64,000 nt of DNA from Stegostoma tigrinum (taxonomy: Eukaryota): positions 31,119,440-31,183,439 of the forward strand of contig NC_081371.1 in NCBI RefSeq assembly GCF_030684315.1. The letters run 5' to 3'. Below are positions 1 to 13,000 of the stretch, piece by piece. The notes under the pieces are model-generated. The model was not told the DNA's origin and ran no database searches. It saw only the letters and a list, made by a program, of their open reading frames with translations. Made by a program: the position numbers and the translations under genes. How positions within the stretch are numbered: the stretch's first letter is position 1; each line of letters opens with the position of its first letter.

Positions 1-1710
1 AGTCAAAGGTTGTATTCAGAGGAGGAGGAGGAGTTTTATGCAGATTCTTCAAAATATAGTTGGCATGGGGATGGGAGCTTCTGTGAATACAGCAAAGGAA
101 GACCAAGGAGAATAAAACTTGAATTTTAACTAGCCAGAAACAGATTGATTGTATGTAAAAAGAACAAAGTTAACGAACAAACTTAGTTCCATTACAAAGA
201 CAGAAAAAATTATGATTGGGTAATATGGAAATGGCAGAGGAAATTCATATGACTTGGTGTCTATCTTCTCACAGCAAGATAAGAAAAAATCTCTCAGAAA
301 TTGATATCCAAGAGACTACTGAGAATTTGGTATTGAAAGAAATTAGTATTAATTAACAAAAGAAAAAAAAAGTAGCATTGGAAAATTTAGTGAGGCTGAA
401 AATGTATAAATCCCTTGGAGCCATTGTTGAATATTACAAAGTGTTGAAAATGCTGGCTCTAGAGGCAGTGCGAAATCAATAGTCGTCTTTCAAACTTCTA
501 TAGATTCTGGAAGGATGCCTGCAGACATGATGGTTGCAAGTGTAGTCTGCTATTCAATAAAGGAGGGGGAGTGAATGCAATGAATTACAAACCATTTATT
601 CTGACAATGGCAGTAGGGAAAATGCCAGGATATAGAAAATAATAAAATTGGCCAGAGTCAACACAGTTTTATCAAAGGGAAATCAAGTTTGACAAGCCTG
701 GTGGACTTTGAGGTTATTATTATCAAGGTAGATAAAACCAGTGGATGTGGTGAATTTAGATTTTTATAAGATTTTGAAAAAGTAACATACAGGAGGCCAG
801 TAAGCAAAGAAAGCATATGGGCTTAAGTCAGAATGTGTAATGGATTGAGAACTGATGGATGACCGTGAACAGAGAGTAGGAATTCTCACTAGATGCAAGC
901 AAAGTACCAGAGGTTTGGTAGCCTGCAAATGTTGCAAATTTTGAAATGGGTGAATAAACTAAATAACTATAGGCTAGTCACTCTGATCTCAGTGGCGGGC
1001 AAGTTAATGAAGTTTATATTGAGATATAGGATTAGCTGTCACTTGGCAAAGCAGGATTATTCAGGCCTAGTGTGGTATTGTTAAAGGAAGATCGTCTCTC
1101 ACTAACTTAATTGAATTTTTTGAGAAATAACAAGCAGGAATGGTGAGGGTAGTACAGTTGATGCATTTGTCAAGGTCTATTAACTGTCAAGAAAAATGAA
1201 AACACATAAGGTACAAGGGAACGTGGTGTGTTGGATCCAAAATGGGCTTGGTGGCTGGAAACAAAGGGTAACAATCAGCAGGTATTTTTACAAATGGAAA
1301 GCATGTTTTTGCAAATGACAACTGGTTTTTGCAAATGACAAATTGTGGATGGTGCAAAAATTGACTGGGCAGTTAATAGTGAAGTGGATGACTGTCGACT
1401 GCAGGAAGATATCAATGGCTTGGCTGAGCGGCAGAAAAGTGGCATATGGAATTCAGAGAAATAAGAGATTATGCACTGGTGGAGGGCAAACCATTGAGGA
1501 CCGAGAACAGGAGGAATTTCTTCACTGAAAGAGTGGGGAATCTAATGCAAGTTAAGTCATTGAGTGTGTTAAAAACAGAGACTGATAGATTTCTATGTGG
1601 TAATGACATCAAGGAATATGGGGACAGCACACAATAATGGCAGTCAGTTATAATCTAGTTGAATGATGTTGAGCAGACTCGAAGGGCCAAATGGCCTGTT
1701 CCTTTTCCTG
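1..1710 (+). mobile_element. Highly decayed CR1-type LINE fragments (RT region and 3' tail)
   Basis: Remnants such as YRLVTLISVAGKLM, GKSSLTSL and VDVVNLDF; CR1-like 3' tail gaagggccaaatggcctgttcc. Confidence 0.75.
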
Positions 1711-2246
1711 CATTTCTGACATGAGGTAAGAAATGGACATCTATTTTTCCATTGTATACATATGATGGAACAAAAAGCAACTCAAAATGATCCAGTAAAA
1801 ACATGTGATCAGAGTTGAAATACGTGACTCAGTTCCTGTCAGAACTTTCCTGTGCACAATTATTTTCTCAATTTTGATGTGACTTCTGCAGAATGAAGTC
1901 ACAATCCCATAATCAGCAATTTGAAAATGTTTGCCATTTTTGTTGGTTGTGTTTGAAGTAAAAATACTTCAACTCTGAACTAGAAGGTCATGGGATCAAC
2001 TATTGATTTCGCACTGCCTCTAGAGCCAGCATTTTCAACACTTTGTAATATTCAACAATGGCTCCAAGGGATTTATACATTTTCAGCCTCACTAAATTTT
2101 CCAATGCTACTTTTTTTTTCTTCAACCAAGAAGTTGCAAGCATTCTGAGTTTTTAATTTATTCTGAGATGATAAAATCTTTAAAATATATCTGACCAGGT
2201 AGTAGGTCTTCCATATCTCACTAATTCAATGGACAGCAGTAGGAAC

Positions 2247-2270
2247 TAGTGAGTTTTGAGAAGATTTGTT
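2247..2270 (-). mobile_element. 24-bp extreme 3' terminus of the PLE family found at 62406-63814
   Basis: Reverse complement aacaaatcttctcaaaactcacta matches 63792-63815 at 22 of 24 positions. Flanked by gcagtaggaac / gcagtatgaac (2236-2246, 2271-2281). Confidence 0.7.
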
Positions 2271-2678
2271 GCAGTATGAACATTAGAGCACAGTGGCTTA
2301 GGTGCACTGTCATTTTAGCTTGGATTGTGTGCTCAAGTGTCACACTAAGACTTGATCCCATGACCTTCTAGTTCAGAGTTCAATTAAAGAGGTCTTGTGG
2401 CAGTGTTAGCAATCTGCCCCTTAGTCAGAAGATTCAGTTTCAAGTCCCGCTCCAGGCTACAATGAGTCACTGTTTCTTACTGTAGGAAATCAGACTTTTT
2501 GGGAAGCTGTTAGACTAAGATGGCTGGACAGCCAGCGTGGATCAGACTGGTATCAAAAGCACAGGATTTAATCTCTTTCTGGCCAAGATGAATTCAGGAT
2601 TTGCCTCCTTGTCTTCTTCACAGCGCATGGGTCAGATCTGTCTTCAGGGTTAAAAAAAAGCTCAAGAAGATAGGATGA

Positions 2679-2844
2679 ACATTAGAGCACAGTGGCCTAG
2701 GTGTGCTGTCATTTCAGCTTGGATTGTGTGCTCAAGTGTCTGAGGAAGGGTCATCAGACTCAAAACGTTAACTGCTTTTTCCTTCACAGATGCTGCCAGA
2801 CCTGCTGGGCCTTTCCAGCAACTTTGTTTTTGTGTGTATGTGAG
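2679..2844 (+). mobile_element. Chimeric insert: copy of local sequence (2280-2341) joined to a PLE-terminus/hammerhead fragment
   Basis: 14-bp TSD agaagataggatga (2665-2678 and 2845-2858). CTGAGGA-a-gggtc(atca)gactc-AAAA-cgtt begins at 2740. Confidence 0.75.
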
Positions 2845-3962
2845 AGAAGATAGGATGATGTGGGCTCAATCATAATGCAACAACTGCTGAAGTCAGGCAA
2901 AATTTTGTGGCCTCCGCACCAGCAAGTTTGTAGGCAGTGTATTATGAAATCCCCTGAGTGGTCTTCTCGTTGCCCTGTCTGCAATTTTACCACATTGATT
3001 AAAAAGAAAAGTCACTTCCCACCCATTACCAGGGCAGTTGCTGCGATGACAGTCCTGCAAGACAGTCCTCAGCAGGTATAATGCTGCGACGAGTGGAGAA
3101 ACATTCACCACCAATTGACTCTTCAGGTGGCCGGGGCAAAACTCTGTCACATAAGACATCCTACTCCATAGTACTTCCCATCAAAAGTATCTCCTAATTA
3201 GTCAGTTAAAACTAGGCACTTGCATTTGCTATGCTTTTTATTCCCTTTTACAATGAATGTTCCATCTTGTATTTAGCTGGTTTAGGAATTTGATATTGCA
3301 GATGCAAAGAAATTATTTACACTGGTGCTAGATAAACTCTTGAGGGGCAATCTGGAACAAAGGGGCAAAACCTCAAATAGAGGTAAGTATCTCAGAAAAG
3401 AAGTCATATTTCACAAGAACTGTTGTGGGAACGTAAAACACGCTGTGCTAAAAAACTGGATTGTGAGTCAAAACTGAGACTGATGGGTTTTTGTTCGACA
3501 CGGAAATCAAGGAATATGGAGTAATGGTGAGTAAATATAGAGTTAAGTTATAGGGCTTGTAGCCTGCTTTTCTCTCCCAAATCTGTGCCGCAGAAGGTGT
3601 TTAAAAAATGGCGATGTTGTAACCTAAAAAAGTTATTTCATATGTTATAAATGGTAGTACAAGGATTTTATAAAACTATTAACCAAATGGAAAGTTTTAC
3701 TGTAAATGGTTACAATTTAATATTGTATTGCAAGTAATACATGTGTGTCTTTATTAACATATGACTAGATAGGGCATATTTTAAATTTTTGCCAGTACAA
3801 TATTTCCCCTAGGAAATGTCGGTCAACTAGACGATGTCCAGAGTTTGACCATGAGCAGTACAATAAATACCAAGAGGAAAAACAGAGTCCAAAAAAAATC
3901 TCAGAATAAATGCACTAGCAAGGAACTTACTTCTTACAGTATATGACATACTGTTTACTTAC

Positions 3963-4097
3963 AGTCACGTCCTGAAACTGCAGTCGAATTGTCGGTCCAG
4001 AGGGCTGTGACCTGTTGCTGATTTCTAATATGGTTCTCAGCAGCACACCTAGCAAGCTGTCTACAAGCATGTCCACCTCCTCCGAAGCAGTTATTTC
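3963..4097 (-). CDS. DOCK4: DOCK4 exon M (135 nt): [45 protein letters not shown]
   Basis: Acceptor attcag|GAA, donor ACT|gtaagt; phase 0 to 0. Confidence 0.93.
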
Positions 4098-7000
4098 CTG
4101 AATGATAATAAGATAATTGCAACAGTTGCCAAATAAATTTACATACAATTCACAGCACAGAAACAGGCCACTGAGGCAAAAAGAGAGTCTTGTCAATATT
4201 TATTTTGACAAGGCCACATTTCAAGAAGTTGGTGCAAGCTAGGTTTGTATCTGAAACGATCAATAAAACTGCACACTTGCTGAATGTTGAACAGGCTTAG
4301 CAAACCTAGCTGCAAAATCCCAATTGCATTGTGTAGTTTTCAAAACATTGTTTACAATATCATTGTGTCTAAGATGTACTTGAGCTAATGACTTTCCTGT
4401 TAATAAATGACACATACAATAAGAGACTAGACTTTGATGGACACAAAATATAAATGGGGTCCTTTTCCTTCTCCTATGATAAATATATATTCAGCCACAT
4501 AATGAACAACAGTATCAGCAAACACGATTTAAACACAACTTATTTGCGGAAATGGGTTAGTCTAAAATAAATTGGTGAACTTTCAATTAGAAGAAAGATT
4601 TTTAACGTTCTGGTTGTTTCTGTTCTGGTCAACAAAGCAGGTCAAACCCTAATTAAGAAATTTCATCACAAAAATGGTATCGTTTTATTTTCATTAATTA
4701 GTGCAGTTCCCCCCACCCCTAAAAAAATTCACAGCATAGGTATCCTGAATATCAGTTGTTAACTGTTTTTGTTCATAATTTTGATCACACAACCTGCCAA
4801 AGAGTCTGAGGTGTGGAGGAAGCTCACTATTTCCATACCTTTGTTACACTAGGCAGTGGTTTTGGAGTACCCCATAAGACCATCTGGGAGAAAGGTGTTG
4901 ATGAACATGCAGTTTCCACCATTTGTCATGGTCGAACCATTGAAAGTCAAAACCTTGACTCCAACTTGGAATTGCAGGTTTGCTCCAGGTCTTTTTCATC
5001 CAGAAGGCTGCCCGAAATGCCAAGTTGTATCTATGATAACCCTGTGGTGCATCCTGAAAAACTCCACAAATAGTGAAGTTTCAGAATGCCCTGCCACCCA
5101 GAGCAAGAGTTGTTTGTAAGGGACGGATGGAGGCTCCATTCCTGAAAGGCCCTTCTGGAAACTAGCCAAAATGACCTGATACTGTAGGATCCTGACTTAG
5201 CTTGGAAATAGTTCAATAACTACAGCAATTCTCATCAAAGCAGCCATGGATTTTTGAGATCCAGTTTAGTAATGGTTAGCCTGAAATAAAACCTTGCTTG
5301 AAAGATCATTGTTTCCTATTCAACAGCCTGGACTCAATAATTACGTAGGTCAGTAAATTTATTGCATTAGTCATCTGATTAATACTTAATTACATAACAT
5401 ACAGCAACAGAGAAAACAGCAACCAGTTGAGGCCAACACCAAAATAAACTTCAATGTCACTTCAATCATAAGATATCAGCACAGTTTACAGTGCTTTATT
5501 CTGAATTTAATAAAAATGATTGACCATTGTTTAGGGTATTGCATTTGTGTATTTCTTTGCTGGGGTGAGAACACAGAGATTTTGGGTAGGCAATTAAGTC
5601 ACATGCGGAAGGAAGCAGATGCAGTGGGAATGGATTTTCTGATGGTGAACGAAGGGAACAATACAAAGTTGCATTGAGTGAAAAGGGAACAAAGGATAAT
5701 AGTCATTATTTCTAAAGTCAATACATCAGTCAGCTTGTTCCGGACTCAATCCAGACATGAAGGATAATTGGAGAACCTATACACTGCAAATCAGAGACAA
5801 CAATGGATTATTGACATACATTGACTGGGAGGTATTGTGGGATTTATAATTTAAGGCAATGAAATTGTTCAGCCTTGACAGCGCGTTACAGATCATAACT
5901 GAAATTAAGCTAAATGTAAGAGGGAAAAATTTGGAAGAACAAATAACAAGTGAATGACTGGTTCATTAATTAACTTTAGTTGCAGTTAATTGCCTTAGAG
6001 AATTTGGTGAAAATTCATTGGTTGGTAAGTGATTAAATCATCAGTGAGAGGATAAAGAAATCATTGATTACAATTTAGCTAATTGTCCCAAAGGCATGTT
6101 AATCCATGTCCAATGAACCAAGTCGAGACATAAACTGATGAACTCCTTCAAAAGTCAATATATGGAGATTTCAAGACAGATTCTTCAAGGGTATTTGTTC
6201 ATTTATCTAAACTATTTAGAAATTATCCAGGATGGAAAAGATTGTCCAACAGGCAGTTAAAATATTGGGGGAGCTTTAAATGTGCAGGGTGCAAGACAAA
6301 ACAGTAATGGATTTGAATAATACCTGAACTGTGCTAAAGTATGATAATCATTAGGAGAGTTTAAGCTTAAGGTGGGAGGGTCCAAAACTAGAGGGCAGAG
6401 ATTTAAGGTGAGGGGAGGAAGATTTAAGTAGGACTTGAGGGGTGGGTGACATTTTCACACAGAGGTGGTATGTATACAGAATGAACTGCCTGAGAGAGTG
6501 GTAGATGCAGGTACAGTCACAACATGTAAAAGACATTTGGACTGGTACATCAATAGAAAAGGTTCAGAGGGATATAGGGCAAACACAGGCAACAGAATTA
6601 GTTTGGTTAGAAAACCTGTTCAGCATTCATGAGTTGGACTGCCTGGTCTGTTCCTGCAATGTATGACTCTGACTCTATAAGAAGAACCAAGCCAACTCAG
6701 AGTCGATATAGAATCAGCTGTGCCAAAATGCTCAGATGAAGTGATCTGATTTTCTCAAAACTACACATGCAAGAGATTTTTAGGTGAGGATGGCATCAGG
6801 CAAAAATAAAACAAATAGGTAACATTCAAGGAAACTGAATATACACTTAAGGGATATAGAGACAGTCAAGGGAATGGAATTGCCAAGACTTTTCTAAAGG
6901 GTGCTGGAGTAGATTTGAAAGGCAATTTGGCTTCGCTGTACCAGTCACTGGGAAAGTCATAATGGTTAATAAAGTTCTACAATTTTTAAGTAGTAACCAG

Positions 7001-10000
7001 TGATTGCCACTTCAGTTTTCCTGATGTTTAAATGGAAAAAAGTGCAACTAAGCCTTTCAGGTTCTACCTGGAGGACAAGGCTTAAACTAACCAAAAGGAT
7101 ACTTAACACAAAAATAATTTTAAAATGTAAACATTACTGAGAATTGCCATTTCAAAGTCTGAGAGCTGTTTGCTTGAAAAGTTTAATCTCTAATCTGATC
7201 CTGTCTCTCTGAAATACTCACAGAGCTGTCCTTCTTGATCAGACAAAACGTTGTGCTAAGGATGCGTGCACACATGGTTAGATCCTTCTGTTCTTGCAAA
7301 TGCATGTGGAGATGGTGTAGAACCACAGGTAGGAGAATGCAGCGAGAATCTGGAATAAGATGGTCAACACAAAATGCATCGGTCTCAATGATGGTCATGA
7401 TAGTATTGCAGCTGAATACCTCAACTATGCCCCGAGTGTTTTATCTGAACTCTTGCTTTGTACTGGTACCAAATTTAGCCACACCTCATGAAAAGTCAAG
7501 TTATTTTGTCTTTTCTTACTGACTTTATTGGTATGATTTCTTCCCAGGTTGTTTGAAGAAAGACACAATGTAAAGGAATACATGCAATGGCTAAATTACT
7601 CCTGATGATCACCCGTTCTAATTATTGTAATACAGCCATATATAATATAAAACAGTCCAGAATCTAGACCTGTATGTTTAAAGAGCCCAGAATACAATGT
7701 CAATATTTACATTCTTAATGAGGGACAACACCAAACTAAACCAAAGGGGAAAATTGTTTCATGTCTGGCATAACACCAAGGATTTAATTTTACTCTCCTC
7801 TAACTGCTACCATTTGTCTGAAATCTCAAACCTCTGCTCAGCATAGAAGGAGTGGTACACTCTTGAAGGAACTGTACTTCAAGACAGAAATTAAACCATG
7901 GTCTAACTTCATCTAAGATGTATATAAAAGGTCCCATGACACTATTCTGAAGAGGAGTGGCGAAGATTTCCTGTGACCAGATCAGTACTTATCCCTCAAA
8001 CAACATCACTAAAAACAGGTTACCTGGCCATTGTGTCATTGTTTTGTATGGGAGATTGCTGCACTCATGATTGGTAGACATATATTCTTCTAACAACAGT
8101 GATGACTTTTTGCAAATACTTCATTGGCTGTCAAGCAATCAGGATGACCAAAATGAAGTGCTTTATAACCTATAATTCTCATTTAGACATAACTTAGATC
8201 AGGAGTATTTTGATGAATTTGTAGGATTTAAATAACCAGCCATTAGAGAAGAAGCTGTCTGAGAATGCTGCCTTCCTTCATACAGACTGCTTAATTTTAA
8301 TAAGCTTGCTATGCTATAAAAATCCAGATATTTTAAGGACTGGGAATTTTGGTCTCCAGAAAATACACTTCCACACTTCAGGAAACATGCAAAATGCTGG
8401 GCTTCATTTCAGTTGTAACAGCGATCTTCGGTCAGGTGATTTACTAATTTTACAATTTTAGTGACAGAAATTAACAAGCAGTACACTTCACGTGGGTAAG
8501 AATACTGTTGTGCCGAAAGCTGTCATAAGATGTAACACCTAATCTAATGGAATCCAGTTTGATGCTATTTATAACTATTCATGAATAACTAAGAGTAGCT
8601 ATGCATAAAATAACGAACAAAATCTAACATTAGACTATCCATCTGCATTTCAAGTTTTAACCCAAAAGCCTTGAATGGAATAAAATATCAATCGAGAAGT
8701 ATTACTTGAAGGTCCCTAGAATTTCTGAAACTTCAGTGAAGGGGTCTTATTTTTCTATAAGTTGGAGCTCTTCTGCTTTTCAAATGCAAGTGTTTAACCT
8801 CTGCATTGGATCCTCCCACCTTTTACATAATGCTGTATCATTTTATGTTTGTTTTTTAAGATTCCCTACAGTGTGGAAACAGGCCCTATTTCTTAATTAT
8901 TCATTTAAGATTCCTCTATGAAGTCTATCTAGTCAATTTATTTGTCATATTCTATATTCATGTCTAGAAATGTTTTTCATCTCACCCTTATATTCAATCT
9001 TAAATGAATCCTTAATTAAAAATTTATGAGTACAGATGTTTCTTTTCTCTTTCTTTATAAGTGTTGCGTTATCCTGGTTTCTGATGGTAATCATGTGACA
9101 AGCATTTTTGCTGTCCTTGGCAGTTGAATGGTTCTTCTGAGCCAGAAGGCCCAGGTTCAAGTCCCACATGCAGCAGAGGTGTTTAATAATATCTCTGAGC
9201 AGGTTGATTAGAAAATATAGACAGTTGGATAGTTCTAGCATTCCTCCTGTAATTAATGTTTCACTGTCAAGCCCAGGTATGACGTTGCCATACATCTTTC
9301 CAGGCCTTCTTTACAGTAATTAAACAATTGTTTACACCTTCTTACTGCTTGTACTGAGTACTAACATGTGCCATCTCCACATCTCCTTCTAGGTATTTCT
9401 CTTTCTTTCCAGTTGTGATGGAATTTTTCATGGTTACCTGCTGCATTAATCTTTATCTTTGAATGATTTTAATATCAACATGTGACCTAATTCGTTATAC
9501 CTATTTCTGAATTAAATTTCTCAATTGTCTTAGGCCTAACCATCTTCAGCTGCTTCATTAGTGATTCTTTTTCCATCATGACATTAGAAGCGGGGACATT
9601 CACAAATCACAGCACAATGTTCATCACTGTTCATGGTTCCTCAGATACTAAAGCAGTCCATGTCCAAATGCAACAAGACCTAGGCAATATCCTGACTTGG
9701 GCTGAAAAGCGGAAAGTAACATTCACGCCACACAAATGTCAGGCAATAGCCATCTCCAATAAAAAATAATCTAACCATTGCCCCTTGACCATAAACTGAA
9801 CTGGGCTAGCCTTATAAGTACAATGGCTACAACAACAAGTTCAAAGTCCAGGAATGCTGCAGCGAATAACTCATCTCCTGACTCTCCAAAACCTGTCCAC
9901 TATCTACTGGGCTCAAGTGAGGAGTGTTATTCAATATTATGCACTTACCTGGATAAGTAAACCTCCAATAATACTCAAGAAACCCATCGTTATCCAGGAC

Positions 10001-13000
10001 AAAGTGGCCCATTTGAATGGCACCACATCCACAAACATCCATTCTGTTCACCATTGACGCTGTGTGTACCGTCTATAAGATGCACTGCAGAACTTCCCCA
10101 GCACAGACAGACAGTTTTTTTTCAAGCCTAGAACCACTAACATCAAGGAGGAAATGGGCAGCAGATATAAGTGAATATTACATCCTGCAAGTTCCCCACC
10201 GAGCCACCAACCATCCTGATTTGGAAATGTATCATTGTTCCTTCAGTGCCATTGGGTCAAAATCCTCTATTATTTTTCCTAAATTGCATTGTTGGTCTAC
10301 CGACAGCATATAGACTGGTGCGGTTCAAGGAGGCAGTTCATTACCACCACTTGCTCAAGGGCAATTATGGACAGGTAATAAACGGTAGCCAAGCCAACAA
10401 TGTCCACACCTCAAGTGAATAAAAGAACACCTACATTTCTAATCAGGTACAGTTATATGAGGTTGTGAAAGGTGATTAATTCTAAAACTAGCACTTACAT
10501 TCCAAACAATTGAATACTTCTCTCAACAGACCTCTAGGAATCAAAGTTCTCCCTTCTCCTCTCTAAATATAATATTATTATTGAATAAAATAAAATCACC
10601 ATATTGCAGATGCTGGACATGTGAAATTAAACAAACACTGGAGATATTTGGTCAGTCTAGTAGCATCTGTAGACAAAACAGTTCATGTTTTGGCTCGAAT
10701 GTGACTTTCCTTTAGAATAGAACATCACTCTCCACAGATGCTGCCAGACCTAAAGATTATTCAATATATCATCATTTTTGATTTAGCTAATTATCTCCAA
10801 ATGTAGGCATCACCACAGCACTATGAGAAAATAGACACTGGAATTTACATAGTTAATAAATATAAGCAGAGTTACAAAAACAGAAGTTGCTAGAAAAACT
10901 CAGCAGATTTAACAGAAACTCTGGAGAGAAAGCAGAGTTATTGTTTCAGATCCAATGACCCTTCTTCAGAATGCAAAACATTCACGTTATCCTTTGTGAA
11001 TCCTTCTTGAATTATTTTTGTTTAACTATCAGCACATTAACATATCTGTTCCCAGTTCAAGCTCTGCTGGATTTTGAACTTACTTTATCAGAGCATTTAT
11101 ACAGGCTCTAATTTCGGCTGACTGAAATACACAAGGACATTTTCACCAATTATCACTGTAGCAGACACAGTGCTTGAAACAACAATTTCATTGGGCACTG
11201 CACTGGAAAGCAGAATATTTTTACATTATCACCAACAACAGATATTGCTGGAAAAGCTCAGCAGATCTAGCAGCATCTGTGAAGAGAAGTCAGAGTTAAC
11301 ATTTCAAGTCCAGTAACCCTCTCTTAGGAATTCAGGCGCACAGTTCTCCGAAAGTGGATTCACAGGTAGACAGGGCAGTGAAGAAGGCTTTCGGCACACT
11401 GGCCTTCATCTGTCAGGGTATTGACTATTGAAGTTGGGAAGTTATAATGCAGTTCTACATGATGTTGGTGAGGCTGCACTTGGAGTATTGTTCAGTTTTG
11501 GTCACCTTGCCATAAGAAGGATGTTATTAAACTGGAAACAGTGCAGAAGAAATTTACAAGGATGTTGCCACGACTCAAGGGACTGACTTAGACAGGGAGG
11601 TTGGATAGGCAAGGACATTCTTCTTCAGAGTAGAGGAGACTGAAGTTGGGGGGGGGGGTGGTGTCTTATAGAAGTGTATAAAATCATGAGTGGCAAGGAT
11701 AGGGTGAAAGCACTCAGTCTTTTTTCCAAAATTGGGGAATTGAGGACTAGAGTCAGATTCAAATTCAGGTAAGAGGGGAAAGAATACATGGGAAACTGAG
11801 GGCAAACTCTTTTACACAGAAGGTGGTATACTTATGGAATCAGCTGCCAGCTGAAGTAGTTGATGTGGGTACATTAACAACATTCAAAAAACAATTGGAC
11901 AAATACATGAACAGAAAAGATTTAGAAGGATATGCACCAAATACAGGGAAATAAGATTAGAGTGGAATGATTAGTTTGGGCCAAAGGGCCTGTCTCCATG
12001 CTGTGGGACTCTATGACTCTATAAAGCTGACACTTTTACAGCAAGAAATCAAATAGGTTTTAAAAGACCTTTTAAGGGGCAGTAAATTCGTAATACAGTT
12101 TACTTGTTTTGAGCTGATGGAGTGTTTTATCACTTTAATGTTTCAAGCATAGCCATTAACTATTGCAGACCATAAAACACATAGGTGCAAAAATGTGTTA
12201 ATGTAGCATCAGCTGAAGTGGTACTGCTCAAGCTGGTGTCAGAAAGCACTATTGTAGGACTCTACCTGCAATGCCCCAGCGTAGGTTTTCCTATTTTATC
12301 TCTTAAAGTACTTCAACAGGGTTGTGCAGGTAGCAGCCTACAGTGCCAGTTGCTCCTGACAATGAACATTCTCTGCATTTAACTACTATTTTAATGAACT
12401 ACTCCTCTCTATGACCACTACTCATTCCAACGTCCTAAGCACCCACTGCATTATTTAAGAAAATTAGTAGGCTGAGCTCAACCTTGTTCTCAAATTTGTC
12501 AGACAATGTATGTTCTAACATTACTGGCTCAACTAAGATTATTTATAACCTTTTGCATATTAATTTCCATCACAATTACTCAATCTTTGTTGTTGCATAA
12601 TAATGAAATAATCGTACAGGAAAAATTTTGTTTCAGTCCAAATGTCATTAGAATGTCAACATTAACCCATTCATAAATTCAAAACAATCATAATGTCAAA
12701 ATCTCCATTCACAGTCACATGCAACTTGTGTGCATTTGGTAAATATGTAGCCGCTGCCCACATATGAGTCCAGGATAGTAAGCAGGGAATATAACATGGG
12801 GCCAGTAAGTGAAGGAGTTCAATGGTTTGAAATGATTTGAAATAAACAGGCATGGAATTCTGCCAGCCTCCTGTAATCTGGAAAATAAAAATGGTAAACC
12901 CTGCTGCATTTCTGGAGCAGTGGACAAGTGTGAACTAAGTTGAGATTGAAGTGGAAATTGACAAGGCGGCAGACAAGTACAGCAGATTTACTGCATATTG

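Noticed and set aside
1305-1341. 17-bp direct repeat gtttttgcaaatgacaa, two copies
   Set aside because: Local slippage or deletion-junction duplication inside a dead CR1. Two copies only, so not an array.
1878-1903. Hairpin tgtgacttc...gaagtcaca
   Set aside because: A 9-bp stem is expected by chance in 64 kb.
2860-3159. Overlapping short ORFs, one with CRQC...CPVC zinc-finger-like pairs
   Set aside because: No full RING or finger spacing and no splice context. The region has decayed inverted ends (ggcaaaattttg / caaaactctgtc) suggesting an old MITE. It is not the next DOCK4 exon.
1-3900. Expected next DOCK4 exon (GEFVACLLSLLRQM-like)
   Set aside because: Not found by eye; it probably lies left of the window.
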